A DNA stretch of 64,000 bases from Acidobacteriota bacterium (GCA_040755995.1 JBFMAF010000037.1:96001-160000); one strand, 5' to 3'. Shown: positions 51,360 to 61,816, counted from the first letter of the stretch. The notes: generated by a model from the sequence alone, not told the origin. Numbers and translations are program-made.

Positions 51360-51434
51360 GCGCCCCCTTGCCGAAACACACGCTGCGCACCGCCGCCGCG
51401 AGGTCCACGCAGCCGGCTGCCGGGCCCGGGCGGG

Positions 51435-52373
51435 TCAGCCTCTTGCGCTCCTGACCGCTTCCACCTTCTCGAAAAGTCGATCCACGAAGGGGACGCTCTG
51501 AGATTCCAGGAACTGTTCGAAGGCCGGACGGAGAGGGCGATGTTTCCAGGCCAAGTATGATCCGTATGCAACGTCGTCACGGCACAGTTCGCGCAGGAAG
51601 ACGGCGAGGTCTCTGGGCTGCGGGAAATCCGCCGTGTTGATGTAGCAGCGGTCCCCCGGAGCGAAGTCCTCCACGTTCGGCGCCCCCAGATATACTGGAA
51701 CGGAGCCGGCGACCAGAGGGTCGAGGAACTTCTCAGTGACGTAATCGCGATCGATCGCGTTCTCGAATGCGAGCGTGAACTTGTAGCCCGCAATGAGATC
51801 GAGCTTGCTGGGGCGGCCGTTGTCGCCCGGCAGGCGCCGGTTTCGCCGAAAGCGACCGAACGAATGCACATCCAGAAACCGCATCAACTCGCCGGCGTAC
51901 TCCAGCCTTCCGCTCCGATCGATACGGCTGGATATGAGCATCACCGCGATGCGATCCGGCGACTTGGGGGCCGGCGGCTGGACAAGGGCGCGCGCGAGGT
52001 TGCGGGAATCGCCGTAGTAGGACACGTATGACAAAGGCACATCCGAATCGCGACGGTAAGTCGCCATAAGATCGAACTGCTGTATGAAGGCCGGATCCCG
52101 CAGCTGAGGGTAGTTGACTTCGGATTCGATGGACCATGCCACCCAGACCTGGCCCGGAGGCTTCCGGCGTGGGAGCCGCCGAAGTGTCGGGACGTGGAAC
52201 ACCACGGCATCGGCCGCCTCCTGTTGCCGCCGGTCGTCAGTTACGACGCGGCCGGCTCGACTTGCCAATGAGGGTTCAGGGGGCGGCCCACCCCACATGG
52301 TGTCGTAGAAGAGAATGATCGTCGCGTCACCGCGAGTCGCGGCCGGGCGCCGCAGCCTGCTCAGAATGCTCAT
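51435..52373 (-). CDS. Glycosyltransferase family 10 (alpha-1,3/4-fucosyltransferase-like)
   Basis: ADAVVFH, ATYRRDSD, YKFTLAFENAIDRDYVTEKF, VPVYLGAPNV. Confidence 0.88.
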   Translation of the reverse strand: MSILSRLRRPAATRGDATIILFYDTMWGGPPPEPSLASRAGRVVTDDRRQQEAADAVVFHVPTLRRLPRRKPPGQVWVAWSIESEVNYPQLRDPAFIQQFDLMATYRRDSDVPLSYVSYYGDSRNLARALVQPPAPKSPDRIAVMLISSRIDRSGRLEYAGELMRFLDVHSFGRFRRNRRLPGDNGRPSKLDLIAGYKFTLAFENAIDRDYVTEKFLDPLVAGSVPVYLGAPNVEDFAPGDRCYINTADFPQPRDLAVFLRELCRDDVAYGSYLAWKHRPLRPAFEQFLESQSVPFVDRLFEKVEAVRSARG

Positions 52374-52561
52374 CGAAGGCCGGACCACCCAGTCAATCTT
52401 CGCCACCATGCGCCTCGGACCGGTTCCGGAGCGGCCGCCGGCAGGTATGCACGCGCTATCACGTTGTAGGTCGTGTCGACCTTCGCGATGTAATGGCAGA
52501 GATGAAACGGCTCCGTCTGCCTGCGGAGGTCGAATACGAAATGGAACTGGTTGGGGATGAT
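52370..52561 (-). pseudogene. Internally deleted glycosyltransferase minigene (GT32/DXD-like N-terminus joined to C-terminus)
   Basis: Reads IIPNQFHFVFDLRRQTEPFHLCHY|IAKVDTTYNVIARAYLP...stop; the stop overlaps the GT10 ATG (ATGA). Confidence 0.6.
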
Positions 52562-52579
52562 CGCCCACCTGAATGGGCT

Positions 52580-53761
52580 TCAGTCGATGGCATCCATCAT
52601 CTCCGCGATGACGCGGGCTTCGCTGAAAGTCTCCCTCACGTACCTGCCGAGTCTCTCGCCCTTCGCTCGAGCTTCATCGCGGTGTTCGAAGACGTAGCGC
52701 ATGAGCTTCGATGCATGTGCGAGATCCGCCTCGGCCCAGCGCTGATCGGCGGTGAAGTTCTGCGGATCGAGATCGTCCCTTGCCGAAACCAGCCGGTAGT
52801 TCACGAGGTATGCAAGGTCGGACGGCAGGAAGTCGAGCTGGCCGCCGAAGCGCGTCATGATGACCGGCTTGCCCGCGGCCGCGGCGTCGAACGCGCCAAG
52901 CCCCCAAGCCTCGGCGTGAGTCAGGCTCAGGTAGCAGTCCCCATTGCGATGGAGATCCCGGATTCCGTCCTCATCGAGCTCGCTCGTTATCAGGCGCACA
53001 GGCGGAGGGTTCGCGACCCGGCGGAGCGACGCGTTCACGCGAGCGGCCGGAGCCTTCTGGAAGCTCATCCAGACCGGCAGGCCGAGGAACGCGCGCACGG
53101 AGCCGTAAGCGCGGCGGAGCGGCGCCAGGCGGGGCGGGAGGAGCTGCCGGTACGCCTGCGCACCTGTCTTTGCGACAAGCACTGTCGAATCGTCGCCCGT
53201 AAAAGTGTGCACGTAGCACCGGATGGTCGAGTCCACCGCCTTCCGGGCGCTCCAGGTCTCGATCGTATAGAACGTGTACGGCCCCTCTGGCGACGGATGG
53301 TCTCCCAGCCTTCCGTCGCAGATATGAGGAACGACCGAGATGGGTGGCGTGACCCCAGCCGCCTTGCACACATCCCTGGTCCATCGACTCGGAACGAGGA
53401 TCCGCTTGAGGCAACTCAGAAGTCCCGGCCAGTGGCGAGGCAGACGGTCGGTCTCCCACACCACATAGCCGACGATCTGCCTGCCTGCCTCTCGCTCGGC
53501 CCAATACGGGAAAAGCGCCGGCGGCGTGTGGACGATGACGGTATCGTAATCGATCGAGCGGTTGCAGAATCTGTCCAGATCAGGATCTCCGGCGGTGGTT
53601 CCCTCGTATGGCCGGAGCGCAGATGCCGGCGAGGCGTGCCACATCAGCGGGGTCCACGTCAACGGTATCCCGCAGTTCGAGAGCCCGAGCATATAGCGTT
53701 TTGCGGCTGTGAATTGTCCTATCGCCCCAAGGAGCGAAATGTACTTGATGCCTGTGATCAC
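52580..53761 (-). CDS. Glycosyltransferase family 4
   Basis: WETDRLP, LVPSRW, RKAVD, HAEAWGLGAFDAAAAGKPVI. Confidence 0.88.
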   Translation of the reverse strand: MITGIKYISLLGAIGQFTAAKRYMLGLSNCGIPLTWTPLMWHASPASALRPYEGTTAGDPDLDRFCNRSIDYDTVIVHTPPALFPYWAEREAGRQIVGYVVWETDRLPRHWPGLLSCLKRILVPSRWTRDVCKAAGVTPPISVVPHICDGRLGDHPSPEGPYTFYTIETWSARKAVDSTIRCYVHTFTGDDSTVLVAKTGAQAYRQLLPPRLAPLRRAYGSVRAFLGLPVWMSFQKAPAARVNASLRRVANPPPVRLITSELDEDGIRDLHRNGDCYLSLTHAEAWGLGAFDAAAAGKPVIMTRFGGQLDFLPSDLAYLVNYRLVSARDDLDPQNFTADQRWAEADLAHASKLMRYVFEHRDEARAKGERLGRYVRETFSEARVIAEMMDAID

Positions 53762-53767
53762 CGGATC

Positions 53768-55579
53768 TCACTGGCGGCAGCAGCTCGGCAGCGGCGGATC
53801 CCAAGCCGTGGGAGCGTTCATGTTCAGAGCTGCATCTGCGGCTGCCAGTATCCCGGGACGGTGCGATGCGATGAGAACGGTGCAGCGGGTCTTGAGCCCC
53901 GCAATGATCCTGGCCAGATCGGCTTCAGTCTCCGCGTCGACCGAAGAGGTGGCTTCATCGAGCACGAGCAGCACCGGTCTGCGAATGAACGCGCGTGCCA
54001 GGGCGAGACGCTGGCGTTCGCCGAGCGACAGCCCGCCGCCGTTTTCGTCGAGCGTGTAGTCCAGGAATGGTCCGTCGGACCCGATCCTGCGGCCTAGCCC
54101 GACGGTCCCGAGTATACTCGTGAGCTCGGCATCGTCGAGGGTCGAGTGGAGACCGTATCGGAGATTGTCCCTGACCGTCCCGCAGACAAGGCACGGATCG
54201 TCTCCCACATATCCTACCGGTGCGTCGGTCTTCAGATACTCGTGGGCAGTCAGACCCGCGACGTGGACGCTGCCGGAGGCGGGCTTGAGGATCCCGAGGA
54301 TCAGCCCGAGCAGCGTGCTCTTGCCACTTCCATTCGGGCCGACAATCGCGAAGACAGATCCGGCGCGGACACGGAAGGATACCCCTGCAAGCGCGGGCCT
54401 CTCAGATCGAGGCCAGGCATACGTAAGGTCTGAAACCAGTATTTCGGGCGGGCTGGGAGATGCCGTGCTCGCCCCGGTTGTTTGACGGACCGAGTCGGCC
54501 GGATCCACCGCATTCTCTGCCAGACCAAGCGCCATGCCATGGGCGCGAAGGACGGAGGCCGGGCGCAGGGCCGTGTCCAGCTCGCCGGCCGGGAGCGATC
54601 TCAGAAACGCGACAGTCTCGGCGGCGTGCGGTTGGACCTGCCGGGCCAGGGCCAGTTCATCGGATGCGAGGTTCAGCGTCTGCGTGAGCCGCACGAGCAA
54701 GTAGATGAAGCCGAGCAGTACCGCCGGCGGCGTCCCGAACCATTCCAGACTTCCCCAGAGGATCACCGCCATGACGACGAGACCGAGCAGGAAGGGGATC
54801 ACGGCGACTGCGTTCTGGTTCAGGGCCTGTCTGATCGCCTGGTTGGAGGTTGCCACGACCGAGCGCGCATACGAGTGGTATTCTCTCTCCTTGAGCCGCA
54901 TCACCCGTATGAGAACCCAATTCCTGTAGATGCGGATCAATGCGCCCTCGGTCTTCAGCCGCTGCGCCAACACCCGGCGCGCCCCCGGCCCGAGGAGCTT
55001 CGTGAGGCGGAGGACGGCGCCCCCTGCCAGGGTAAGGCAGATCGCCGCCAGAAGCGCCTCCTTCCACGCCATCAAGGTCATACACGCAAATACTGTCGTG
55101 GCCAGAAGCAACGCTCCCGCGAAGTACGTGAGGTGTGCGACGAATTCCGCGGTTCTCGGAAGGTACTCCCAGACGCGAACGTTCATCCGACTTGCGGAAG
55201 GCGCGTCCGTACGGTCCGCAGTAACAGCCTCGTAGCCATGAACAAGGCAGAGACGAGCGCGAACATATTCGAATAGAACAAGCCCGGCCTGCTTGGATAC
55301 GAGAAGGCATGCCGCGCGTCCCGCTCCCACAGCCATCAACGCGAGACAGATCAAGAGCGGTGAACAGGAGTCCAGAGCTGCGGCCAGCCAGCGCGGCATC
55401 TCTGGAGGCACCGAAACGTGCATGCTGAAAAGCAGAAGGGCGACCAGGATCGCTATGAGGTATTCGATCCCTGCCAGGAGGAACGAGGCGCCCAGACAGG
55501 CGGCAATGACAACATGCCCCCTCCGTCCGATCACACGGCCGAGGATCTGCATCGAGCTCAGAGCGACTGGGGTTCTCAA
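53768..55579 (-). CDS. ABC exporter/flippase, fused permease-ATPase (start approximate)
   Basis: N-terminal TM helices; GPNGSGKS, LSLGERQR, LVLDEATSSVD. Confidence 0.88.
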   Translation of the reverse strand: MRTPVALSSMQILGRVIGRRGHVVIAACLGASFLLAGIEYLIAILVALLLFSMHVSVPPEMPRWLAAALDSCSPLLICLALMAVGAGRAACLLVSKQAGLVLFEYVRARLCLVHGYEAVTADRTDAPSASRMNVRVWEYLPRTAEFVAHLTYFAGALLLATTVFACMTLMAWKEALLAAICLTLAGGAVLRLTKLLGPGARRVLAQRLKTEGALIRIYRNWVLIRVMRLKEREYHSYARSVVATSNQAIRQALNQNAVAVIPFLLGLVVMAVILWGSLEWFGTPPAVLLGFIYLLVRLTQTLNLASDELALARQVQPHAAETVAFLRSLPAGELDTALRPASVLRAHGMALGLAENAVDPADSVRQTTGASTASPSPPEILVSDLTYAWPRSERPALAGVSFRVRAGSVFAIVGPNGSGKSTLLGLILGILKPASGSVHVAGLTAHEYLKTDAPVGYVGDDPCLVCGTVRDNLRYGLHSTLDDAELTSILGTVGLGRRIGSDGPFLDYTLDENGGGLSLGERQRLALARAFIRRPVLLVLDEATSSVDAETEADLARIIAGLKTRCTVLIASHRPGILAAADAALNMNAPTAWDPPLPSCCRQ

Positions 55580-55601
55580 GAGCACGACCTCCCTTGCCGC
55601 A

Positions 55602-56306
55602 TTACTTTCGCTTGAAGACCATGTCGAGAAATGCCAAACTACCGTCCCCAGCCCTTCCGACGTCCAGGACGTCGGATAGAACGAACCGGTGGGAGGCCAT
55701 GAGCTCGACGAACCCGAGGAACTCATAGCCTCCTTCGAAGCGCTGCGGCACGGCGACCTCCGCGATTACGAAGTCGGTCGACCGAAGGAACTCGGCGGCG
55801 CCCTGAATGATCTCGTACTCACAGCCCTCTGCATCGATCTTCAGGCCGAACGGGGGAGCGAAGCGGTGTTCCGAAAGCAGCGCGTCAAGAGTCGTAACCG
55901 CGATTTCTCGCGCAGAGAGCCTGTCCCCGGACGCTTCCACAGCCGCCCGCTTGAACATCGAGCTCCGTTCGACGTATCTCGGCTCGATGTACATCGTTCG
56001 GGTGCCCGGACGGGCTCCCAGGCCCAGCTGAAGATACGTCCCTCGTCGACGATCGAGAATCTCGGAGATGAAGGGCTGGAATTCGGCCAGCGGTTCGATG
56101 AGTACGAGGTGGGCATCCGGAAAGGCTCCATAGAGCTCCGGCGTTCCCTGCGCAACTCCGGCATCGACGATCGTCCTCGGACAACCCCCGAGCCGCTCCA
56201 ATTGCATGGGATCCCATTCGCCCTTCCTCGGACGTACCGCGTAGCCAAGGGACCAGAGCATCCTGCGAAGCACTCGGACAAGCAGGGACATCTGTGTGTA
56301 CCTCAC
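55602..56306 (-). CDS. FkbM-family methyltransferase
   Basis: VDAGVAQG, IEP, TTLD, LKIDAEGCE. Confidence 0.88.
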   Translation of the reverse strand: MRYTQMSLLVRVLRRMLWSLGYAVRPRKGEWDPMQLERLGGCPRTIVDAGVAQGTPELYGAFPDAHLVLIEPLAEFQPFISEILDRRRGTYLQLGLGARPGTRTMYIEPRYVERSSMFKRAAVEASGDRLSAREIAVTTLDALLSEHRFAPPFGLKIDAEGCEYEIIQGAAEFLRSTDFVIAEVAVPQRFEGGYEFLGFVELMASHRFVLSDVLDVGRAGDGSLAFLDMVFKRK

Positions 56307-56325
56307 GCGCGGCCCGCACGACGCG

Positions 56326-58626
56326 TCATGCCATCAGGTCAATCATGGATGCCTCGAATGACGAGCCCGTGCCCCCGCGGCCGCCCGGCGCCACCACAGC
56401 GGTTCGCCGAGAGTCCTCGTTCGAGGCCGCTTCGGCGCATGCAGAGTGCAGAACGCGAGTCAGCCGGGCCGGGCTGTAGTACGTACGCAAGAGCCTCCGG
56501 GCGCAGTGTGCGAGGCGCGCCCCCGAGTGAGGATCGCGCATGAGCAGGGCGCAATGCGACGCGAATTCCTCCTCTGTGTCGCCGATCAGGACATGGTGGT
56601 CGTTCGCCGCACCCAGACCCTCGACCCCTAAGGTCGTTGTTACGACTGGTACGCCGTATGCGAATGCTTCGATGACCTTGATCCGCGTTCCTCCACCCGC
56701 CCGGATCGGCACGACGGCCGCGTCGGCGGAGCGGTAAAGCGGCTCAACCGAGGACACCTCTCCTGCCAAATCCACAAATGGGTACCGCGCGAGCCCAGAG
56801 CGTAGTCTCCGCGCAGCCCCCGTGCCTGCAACCCTGAGGCACCACGCGGTACCGGCTTCGGCCGCGATCAGCGGAGCGATGCGTTCCACGAAGAAGAAGA
56901 TACCATCGATGTTGGGGGCGTACCCCAGCGATCCGACAAAGAGAAACGTGAACGGACGTTGTTCGCGGCGCGCATCGGTCGGAAGCATTTCTTCGTAGAC
57001 GTTGGGAAGCACTTCTGCTCGGACGCGAGGATACCTCGCTGCCACCCACATTCTGTCCGCTTCCGAGCATACGAAGACCCGGTAATAGTCGGAAAGGCCG
57101 TTTCGTTCGGACTCTGCATACCACTCCGCGTCTCGCTTCGCACGGAGAGCCGGTCCACGACGCGCATCCACGGACGCAAGCTCCGCAATCCTCGTCCGCG
57201 TGCGTGATTCAACATCGTCCAGGTCGAGCTGGCGCACGCCGCGAAAGCCGTCCCGGCACAGGAGACGTGCCACCGGGTCCATGTAGAGGCGAAACACATG
57301 AATCACGTCGTATCGCTCCGCGCGAAGTCGCCGGCACAGGCAACGGGCGCGACGTCTGGACCCGCAGATCCACTCCATCGGTCGCGATCCCCGCACGCAG
57401 CCCAATCGATCGAGCAAAGAACGGGCGTACCATCGGGCGCTGGCGTCCCAATCCCGGCGCCTTTCCAGGGGCAGGGACATGATCGTACGGCACAGGCCTC
57501 GTGTGGCCCACGGCACTTCGCACCCTCCAAATGATGTCCGCACCACGAGCAGATCGACCGAATACCGCTGGCTGAGGGCCGCGAGATTGTTGAAGGCACG
57601 CATCGCCATGCCGCTTCCGGTCGGTGAAGGGATAACCGGCGAAATGAACAGGAGTCCGCGGCTCTCGGCACGTGGTTCCTGCCGGGGCATGGCCTTCTCG
57701 CGGTACCAGAGTCGGACGGCGCTCCACGCGCGCTTGAGCTTGGCATCCACGTAAATCCGAAGGAATATGGGCACCAGATCCGCCCATCTGGCGAGGACAA
57801 TCCAGTGCGCGAGACGGTTCCGGTCGTTCCTTCGCGCCAGCCGTACCGACAGCTGCGCCCGCGCGAAGAACTCGTCGGCGCGGTCTCGAACCATTCCTTC
57901 GCGTATCAGCTTTCGGTAGAACTCCTTGACTCTCACGTCTCGCGACGCCCTGGCAGTGGCATTGCCGTCGTGCCGGCGCACCAGCGCGTAAGCACCCGGT
58001 GTTGTCCTGAATCTGCGACCGTCTCGGGCGAGGCGGAGCCAGAAGTACGAGTCTTCGCCCACACACAGGTCCTCGGGAAAGCGCACGTCCCGAATGGCTC
58101 TTCGGCGGACCATGCAAGAATGGATCACGATGCCGTAAAGCAGAATCTGCGAGAACGGACCCCGCTCGAGCTCTCCCGGGTCCACGAAGGTGGCAGGAAC
58201 CGACGGACACAACGCCGCACCGCTCGACCTGAAGATGTTGCTTCCGCACGTAGCGACGTCGCACTCGGGGTATTCGGCGAAGCAGCGAAAACTGCTCTCC
58301 ACCATCCGCGGGTCCAACAGGTCGTCGTCATCCAGAAAGATCAGAAAGTCTCCTCCCGATGCCTCGATGCCATGATTGCGCGCGGCTGCGGCGCCGCGCC
58401 GCTGGGGCAAACGGTGGAGCTTCACGCGTGGGTCAAGGCGGCGGAGGCTGTCCAGGTCGATCCGGCAGGAGGGATCTGAGTGATCATCGACAACCACGAT
58501 CTCGTGGACCGGCGCAGTCTGGACGAGAACGGACCGGACCGCCTCTCCGAGAAGGACAGGGCGGTTGAACGTGGGGATCACCACTGAGACCCGTCTCCGC
58601 TCGATGTTCTCACCCACCCGGATCAC
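56326..58626 (-). CDS. GT2-GT4 fusion glycosyltransferase
   Basis: N-terminal SVVIPTFNR, VVDD, ARN.G, FLDDDD; C-terminal FVGSLGYAPN, GGTRIKVIEAFAYG. Confidence 0.9.
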   Translation of the reverse strand: MIRVGENIERRRVSVVIPTFNRPVLLGEAVRSVLVQTAPVHEIVVVDDHSDPSCRIDLDSLRRLDPRVKLHRLPQRRGAAAARNHGIEASGGDFLIFLDDDDLLDPRMVESSFRCFAEYPECDVATCGSNIFRSSGAALCPSVPATFVDPGELERGPFSQILLYGIVIHSCMVRRRAIRDVRFPEDLCVGEDSYFWLRLARDGRRFRTTPGAYALVRRHDGNATARASRDVRVKEFYRKLIREGMVRDRADEFFARAQLSVRLARRNDRNRLAHWIVLARWADLVPIFLRIYVDAKLKRAWSAVRLWYREKAMPRQEPRAESRGLLFISPVIPSPTGSGMAMRAFNNLAALSQRYSVDLLVVRTSFGGCEVPWATRGLCRTIMSLPLERRRDWDASARWYARSLLDRLGCVRGSRPMEWICGSRRRARCLCRRLRAERYDVIHVFRLYMDPVARLLCRDGFRGVRQLDLDDVESRTRTRIAELASVDARRGPALRAKRDAEWYAESERNGLSDYYRVFVCSEADRMWVAARYPRVRAEVLPNVYEEMLPTDARREQRPFTFLFVGSLGYAPNIDGIFFFVERIAPLIAAEAGTAWCLRVAGTGAARRLRSGLARYPFVDLAGEVSSVEPLYRSADAAVVPIRAGGGTRIKVIEAFAYGVPVVTTTLGVEGLGAANDHHVLIGDTEEEFASHCALLMRDPHSGARLAHCARRLLRTYYSPARLTRVLHSACAEAASNEDSRRTAVVAPGGRGGTGSSFEASMIDLMA

Positions 58627-58748
58627 GCCGACACTATGCGGTGAACGTGCCCAAAGGTCAAGACACAGTCATATCGCTTCTTGCGGAACACGTGGAGGTC
58701 GACGAAGCGGTCCTGGCCATGCTGGCTGAAGTAGTCGATCTCGCACAC
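58623..58748 (-). pseudogene. Internally deleted FkbM-like methyltransferase minigene (41 aa)
   Basis: GGGAGG RBS and GTG start; reads CEIDYFSQHGQDRFVDLHVFRKKR|YDCVLTFGHVHRIVSA-stop; the stop overlaps the next GTG. Confidence 0.6.
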
Positions 58749-58873
58749 GTGCCCTCCCCATGAGGCGAGGGACGAGACCGGCTTGAAGCAGCCGGGACTG
58801 CCCCTCCCATCGCGCAAACAGCCGGAATCCTACGCTATCCGGGGCCGTGGATACAATATGCGCCGTCGTAGCG

Positions 58874-59902
58874 CTACTTCCCGCGGGCACTCTTCAGCTT
58901 CGCTACGATCTCGTCCCAGAATCCCGGATCCTCGTCGCCCATGACCCAGATGCCGATGCCGGCAATCGAGGGATGCTTGTCGAGTAGCATCTGGAGCTTG
59001 ATCCCGATCGCCGTCCGGTCCTGGAAGAAGACCGTGTGAGTGCGCGCGCTTTGATCCTGATAGTTGAAGGTCACCTCCCCCGAGCTGTCCCGCACCAGGG
59101 TCGGCGCGTACTCAGCGATGAGTGACTGTACGTCCGACCATAGAACCCCATCCGCGTCCGAACCGACCCAGTCATAGCCGTAGAAGGGCACGCCCATCCG
59201 TATCTTGCCCGGCGCCACAACCGACTCGGCGAAAGCCAGAACAGCGTCGGCCCAGTCCGGCGGCGAGATGGGGCCCGGATGCGACCACGATCCGCTGTAG
59301 TCGTACGTCATGACATTGAATTCATCCACGGCGGCGCCCAGCCGTTTGTAGTCCTCGGCCCTTGCCCCAGACCAGCCACCCGGCTCGGAGGTCTTCGCGT
59401 GCACAGCGATCGCGAGATACTTCCCCTTCGGATGTAGTGCGGCCGCCAGGCGTTCGACGAACTGTGAAAAGCGGTCGCGATCCGTCTCGTATAGGCTCTC
59501 CCAGTCAAGGTCGATCCCGTCGTACCCCTTGCTGACGCACAGGCTGACGATTCTGGAGATGTGGCGGTTGCGGAGCTTGCGCGAGGTCAGCAGGCGGTGC
59601 GCCAGGGCCGGATCGAAGTCCCATGTCTTTCTGCTGAGGTTAGTCACGGTTGCCGCGACGCGTAGACCGCGCGACCGAGCCTCGGCGACGAAGGTAAGGT
59701 CTTCGGATCGGTCTGTCCTCAGGCCGCCATTCGGCAGTGATGCGTACCAATCGACTGCCACCGCGTCGATCGCGCCCCGCGATGTCGCCGCGTCCAGGGA
59801 CGCACGATCACCGAACGTCCATGCGCTGACCTCGTAGGCAGCAGCAACGCTGGTCGCGCCCGACGCCATAAGCGCGGTGATTGCCAACACGCGGAACCGC
59901 AT
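58874..59902 (-). CDS. Secreted glycoside hydrolase family 18
   Basis: Signal peptide; YDGIDLDWE catalytic motif; MTYDY; KIRMGVPFYGYDW. Confidence 0.9.
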   Translation of the reverse strand: MRFRVLAITALMASGATSVAAAYEVSAWTFGDRASLDAATSRGAIDAVAVDWYASLPNGGLRTDRSEDLTFVAEARSRGLRVAATVTNLSRKTWDFDPALAHRLLTSRKLRNRHISRIVSLCVSKGYDGIDLDWESLYETDRDRFSQFVERLAAALHPKGKYLAIAVHAKTSEPGGWSGARAEDYKRLGAAVDEFNVMTYDYSGSWSHPGPISPPDWADAVLAFAESVVAPGKIRMGVPFYGYDWVGSDADGVLWSDVQSLIAEYAPTLVRDSSGEVTFNYQDQSARTHTVFFQDRTAIGIKLQMLLDKHPSIAGIGIWVMGDEDPGFWDEIVAKLKSARGK

Positions 59903-59989
59903 ACAACAAGTATAGACCGGGGCACAGCAGGCAGCAGTGACGCGCCTCACAGTCCGCCGACCTGGAACCGGCGCGGCGAGCAGCCCGGT

Positions 59990-60019
59990 TTGACATCTCC
60001 CGATGCCGGGCCGTAGAGT
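59990..60019 (+). promoter_or_regulatory. sigma70 promoter, probably leaderless transcript
   Basis: TTGACA, 18 nt spacer, TAGAGT; ATG 7 nt downstream with no SD. Confidence 0.5.
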
Positions 60020-60026
60020 AGCGATC

Positions 60027-61370
60027 ATGGCACTACCAGAATCACCGCCCTCGTTGTGGCTTGCCGAGTACGGCCCGTATGCACCCAACCCATCGTTGGA
60101 AGGCGACATTTCGGTCGACGTAGCGATCGTAGGAGGCGGCTTCCAGGGGCTGGCCACGGCGATCGCGCTGCGAAAGGCGCAGCCGGATCTGCGTGTGGCC
60201 GTGCTCGAACACGAAGTCGTCGGTTACGGAGCCAGCGGCCGAAACGGGTCGTTCGCCATGACGGTGGTCGGGCTCGGATTCGGGGCCATGGCCATGCTCA
60301 AGGGCAAGCAGTTCGTCAAGGACGCGCATGCATACATGGAGCGCGCCGTAGACGGCCTCGACGCGCTCATCCAGGCGCACGGTCTGCAATGCGATCGCAT
60401 CCGCCCAGGTTTCCTGCGCATGGCCACGACCGAAGGCTACATTCGCCGCATCCAGCACGATATCGAGCTTGTGCAGAGCCTCGGGATCAAGGGAATCGAG
60501 TGGCTCGATCGAGGCGCGGCGCGAGCGAAGGTGAATTCCGAGCTCTATCTCGGAGGTATGTGGGAACCGCGTCTTCTGCTGGTGAACCCTGCGAAGCTGG
60601 TGCGTGAAGAGAAACGGGTCGCGATGGATCTCGGCGCCGCCGTGTTCGAGCGGACGCCGGTTGTGGAAATCCAGCGGGGCACCCGGTTCACGCTCAAGAC
60701 TCCAAAGGGGGGCGTCAGCTCGGAGAAGCTCGTGTTCGCAACGAACGCCTACTCGCACCTCATCCCGGGTCTCAAGCGCAAGCAGATCCCGGCGTGGACG
60801 TACATGATCGCCACCGAGCCGCTCGTCGATCGTCACCTCGCGGAGATCCGGTGGCAGGAACGCAACGGTGTCGAAGACGCGCGCAACCTGATCCACTACT
60901 ACCGGATCACGCCGGACAACCGCCTGGTGATGGGCGGAGGCCCGGTCGGGTTGAGCTTCGGCTCAGAAATGAACTGCGACTCGAGCGAGTCGGCGTGGAG
61001 GCACCTCGAAGAGCACGTGCATCTGCTGTTCCCGGTTCTCAAGGATCTGAAGGTGACCCACCGGTGGGGCGGACCGTTTTCGGTCACGCTCGATCTCGCC
61101 CCCGCTCTCGGCTACCTGGGCGACAAGCGCGCCGTCTACAGCCTGGGCTGCGTCGGCCACGGAGTCTCGATGACTCACCAGAACGCGCTCACGCTCACCG
61201 GCCTGCTCCTCGAACGCGCCTCCGAAAACACGGCGTGCCCATTCGTCAACCGCAAGGTGATACCCTGGCCGCCCGAACCGCTGCGCATGGGCGCAGCCCT
61301 GGCGATCCGCGCCTACCTGCGCGCCGAAGACTGGTGGTACGAGCGAGGAATGCAGAGCACCCGGGCCTGA
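60027..61370 (+). CDS. FAD-dependent oxidoreductase, DAO/PuuB-like
   Basis: [27 protein letters not shown]. Confidence 0.9.
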   Translation: MALPESPPSLWLAEYGPYAPNPSLEGDISVDVAIVGGGFQGLATAIALRKAQPDLRVAVLEHEVVGYGASGRNGSFAMTVVGLGFGAMAMLKGKQFVKDAHAYMERAVDGLDALIQAHGLQCDRIRPGFLRMATTEGYIRRIQHDIELVQSLGIKGIEWLDRGAARAKVNSELYLGGMWEPRLLLVNPAKLVREEKRVAMDLGAAVFERTPVVEIQRGTRFTLKTPKGGVSSEKLVFATNAYSHLIPGLKRKQIPAWTYMIATEPLVDRHLAEIRWQERNGVEDARNLIHYYRITPDNRLVMGGGPVGLSFGSEMNCDSSESAWRHLEEHVHLLFPVLKDLKVTHRWGGPFSVTLDLAPALGYLGDKRAVYSLGCVGHGVSMTHQNALTLTGLLLERASENTACPFVNRKVIPWPPEPLRMGAALAIRAYLRAEDWWYERGMQSTRA

Positions 61371-61816
61371 CCGGTTCCCACCCCGTTCGCAGGCTCCCAG
61401 CATACCCCGCTCGCCCTCGCATGAGATGAGCCGCATCCCCCGGGAGCTCTTCAAGCCCTACAATCCGTGCATTCAGATTCACTCCGACCAGGTACATGCG
61501 AACGGATTCGGGCTTGACCTCGCTGCCGACAGGCAGCCCATCGGCGCGTGCATGGGATTCCCGATCCGGCTTGCCGAGAGAAAGGACAGCCTCACCTGTG
61601 CATATCCGAGGGCCTCGCCGTGCTGCCGCGCGACAATGTGGGCGCCAGAATTCGGCGCCAGTGTGGTGCGACGGTCAGCCGACCTGGTTCCCGGCACCGG
61701 GCTGCGCAGTTAGGTTTTCTGAACGGCATCACCAGGCAGTTATCTTTGCTACACCCGTGCGGCCCCGAATGGGCATGAAGAGACGGTCCGAATTGCGCAA
61801 GTCACCGCGCACTCGC

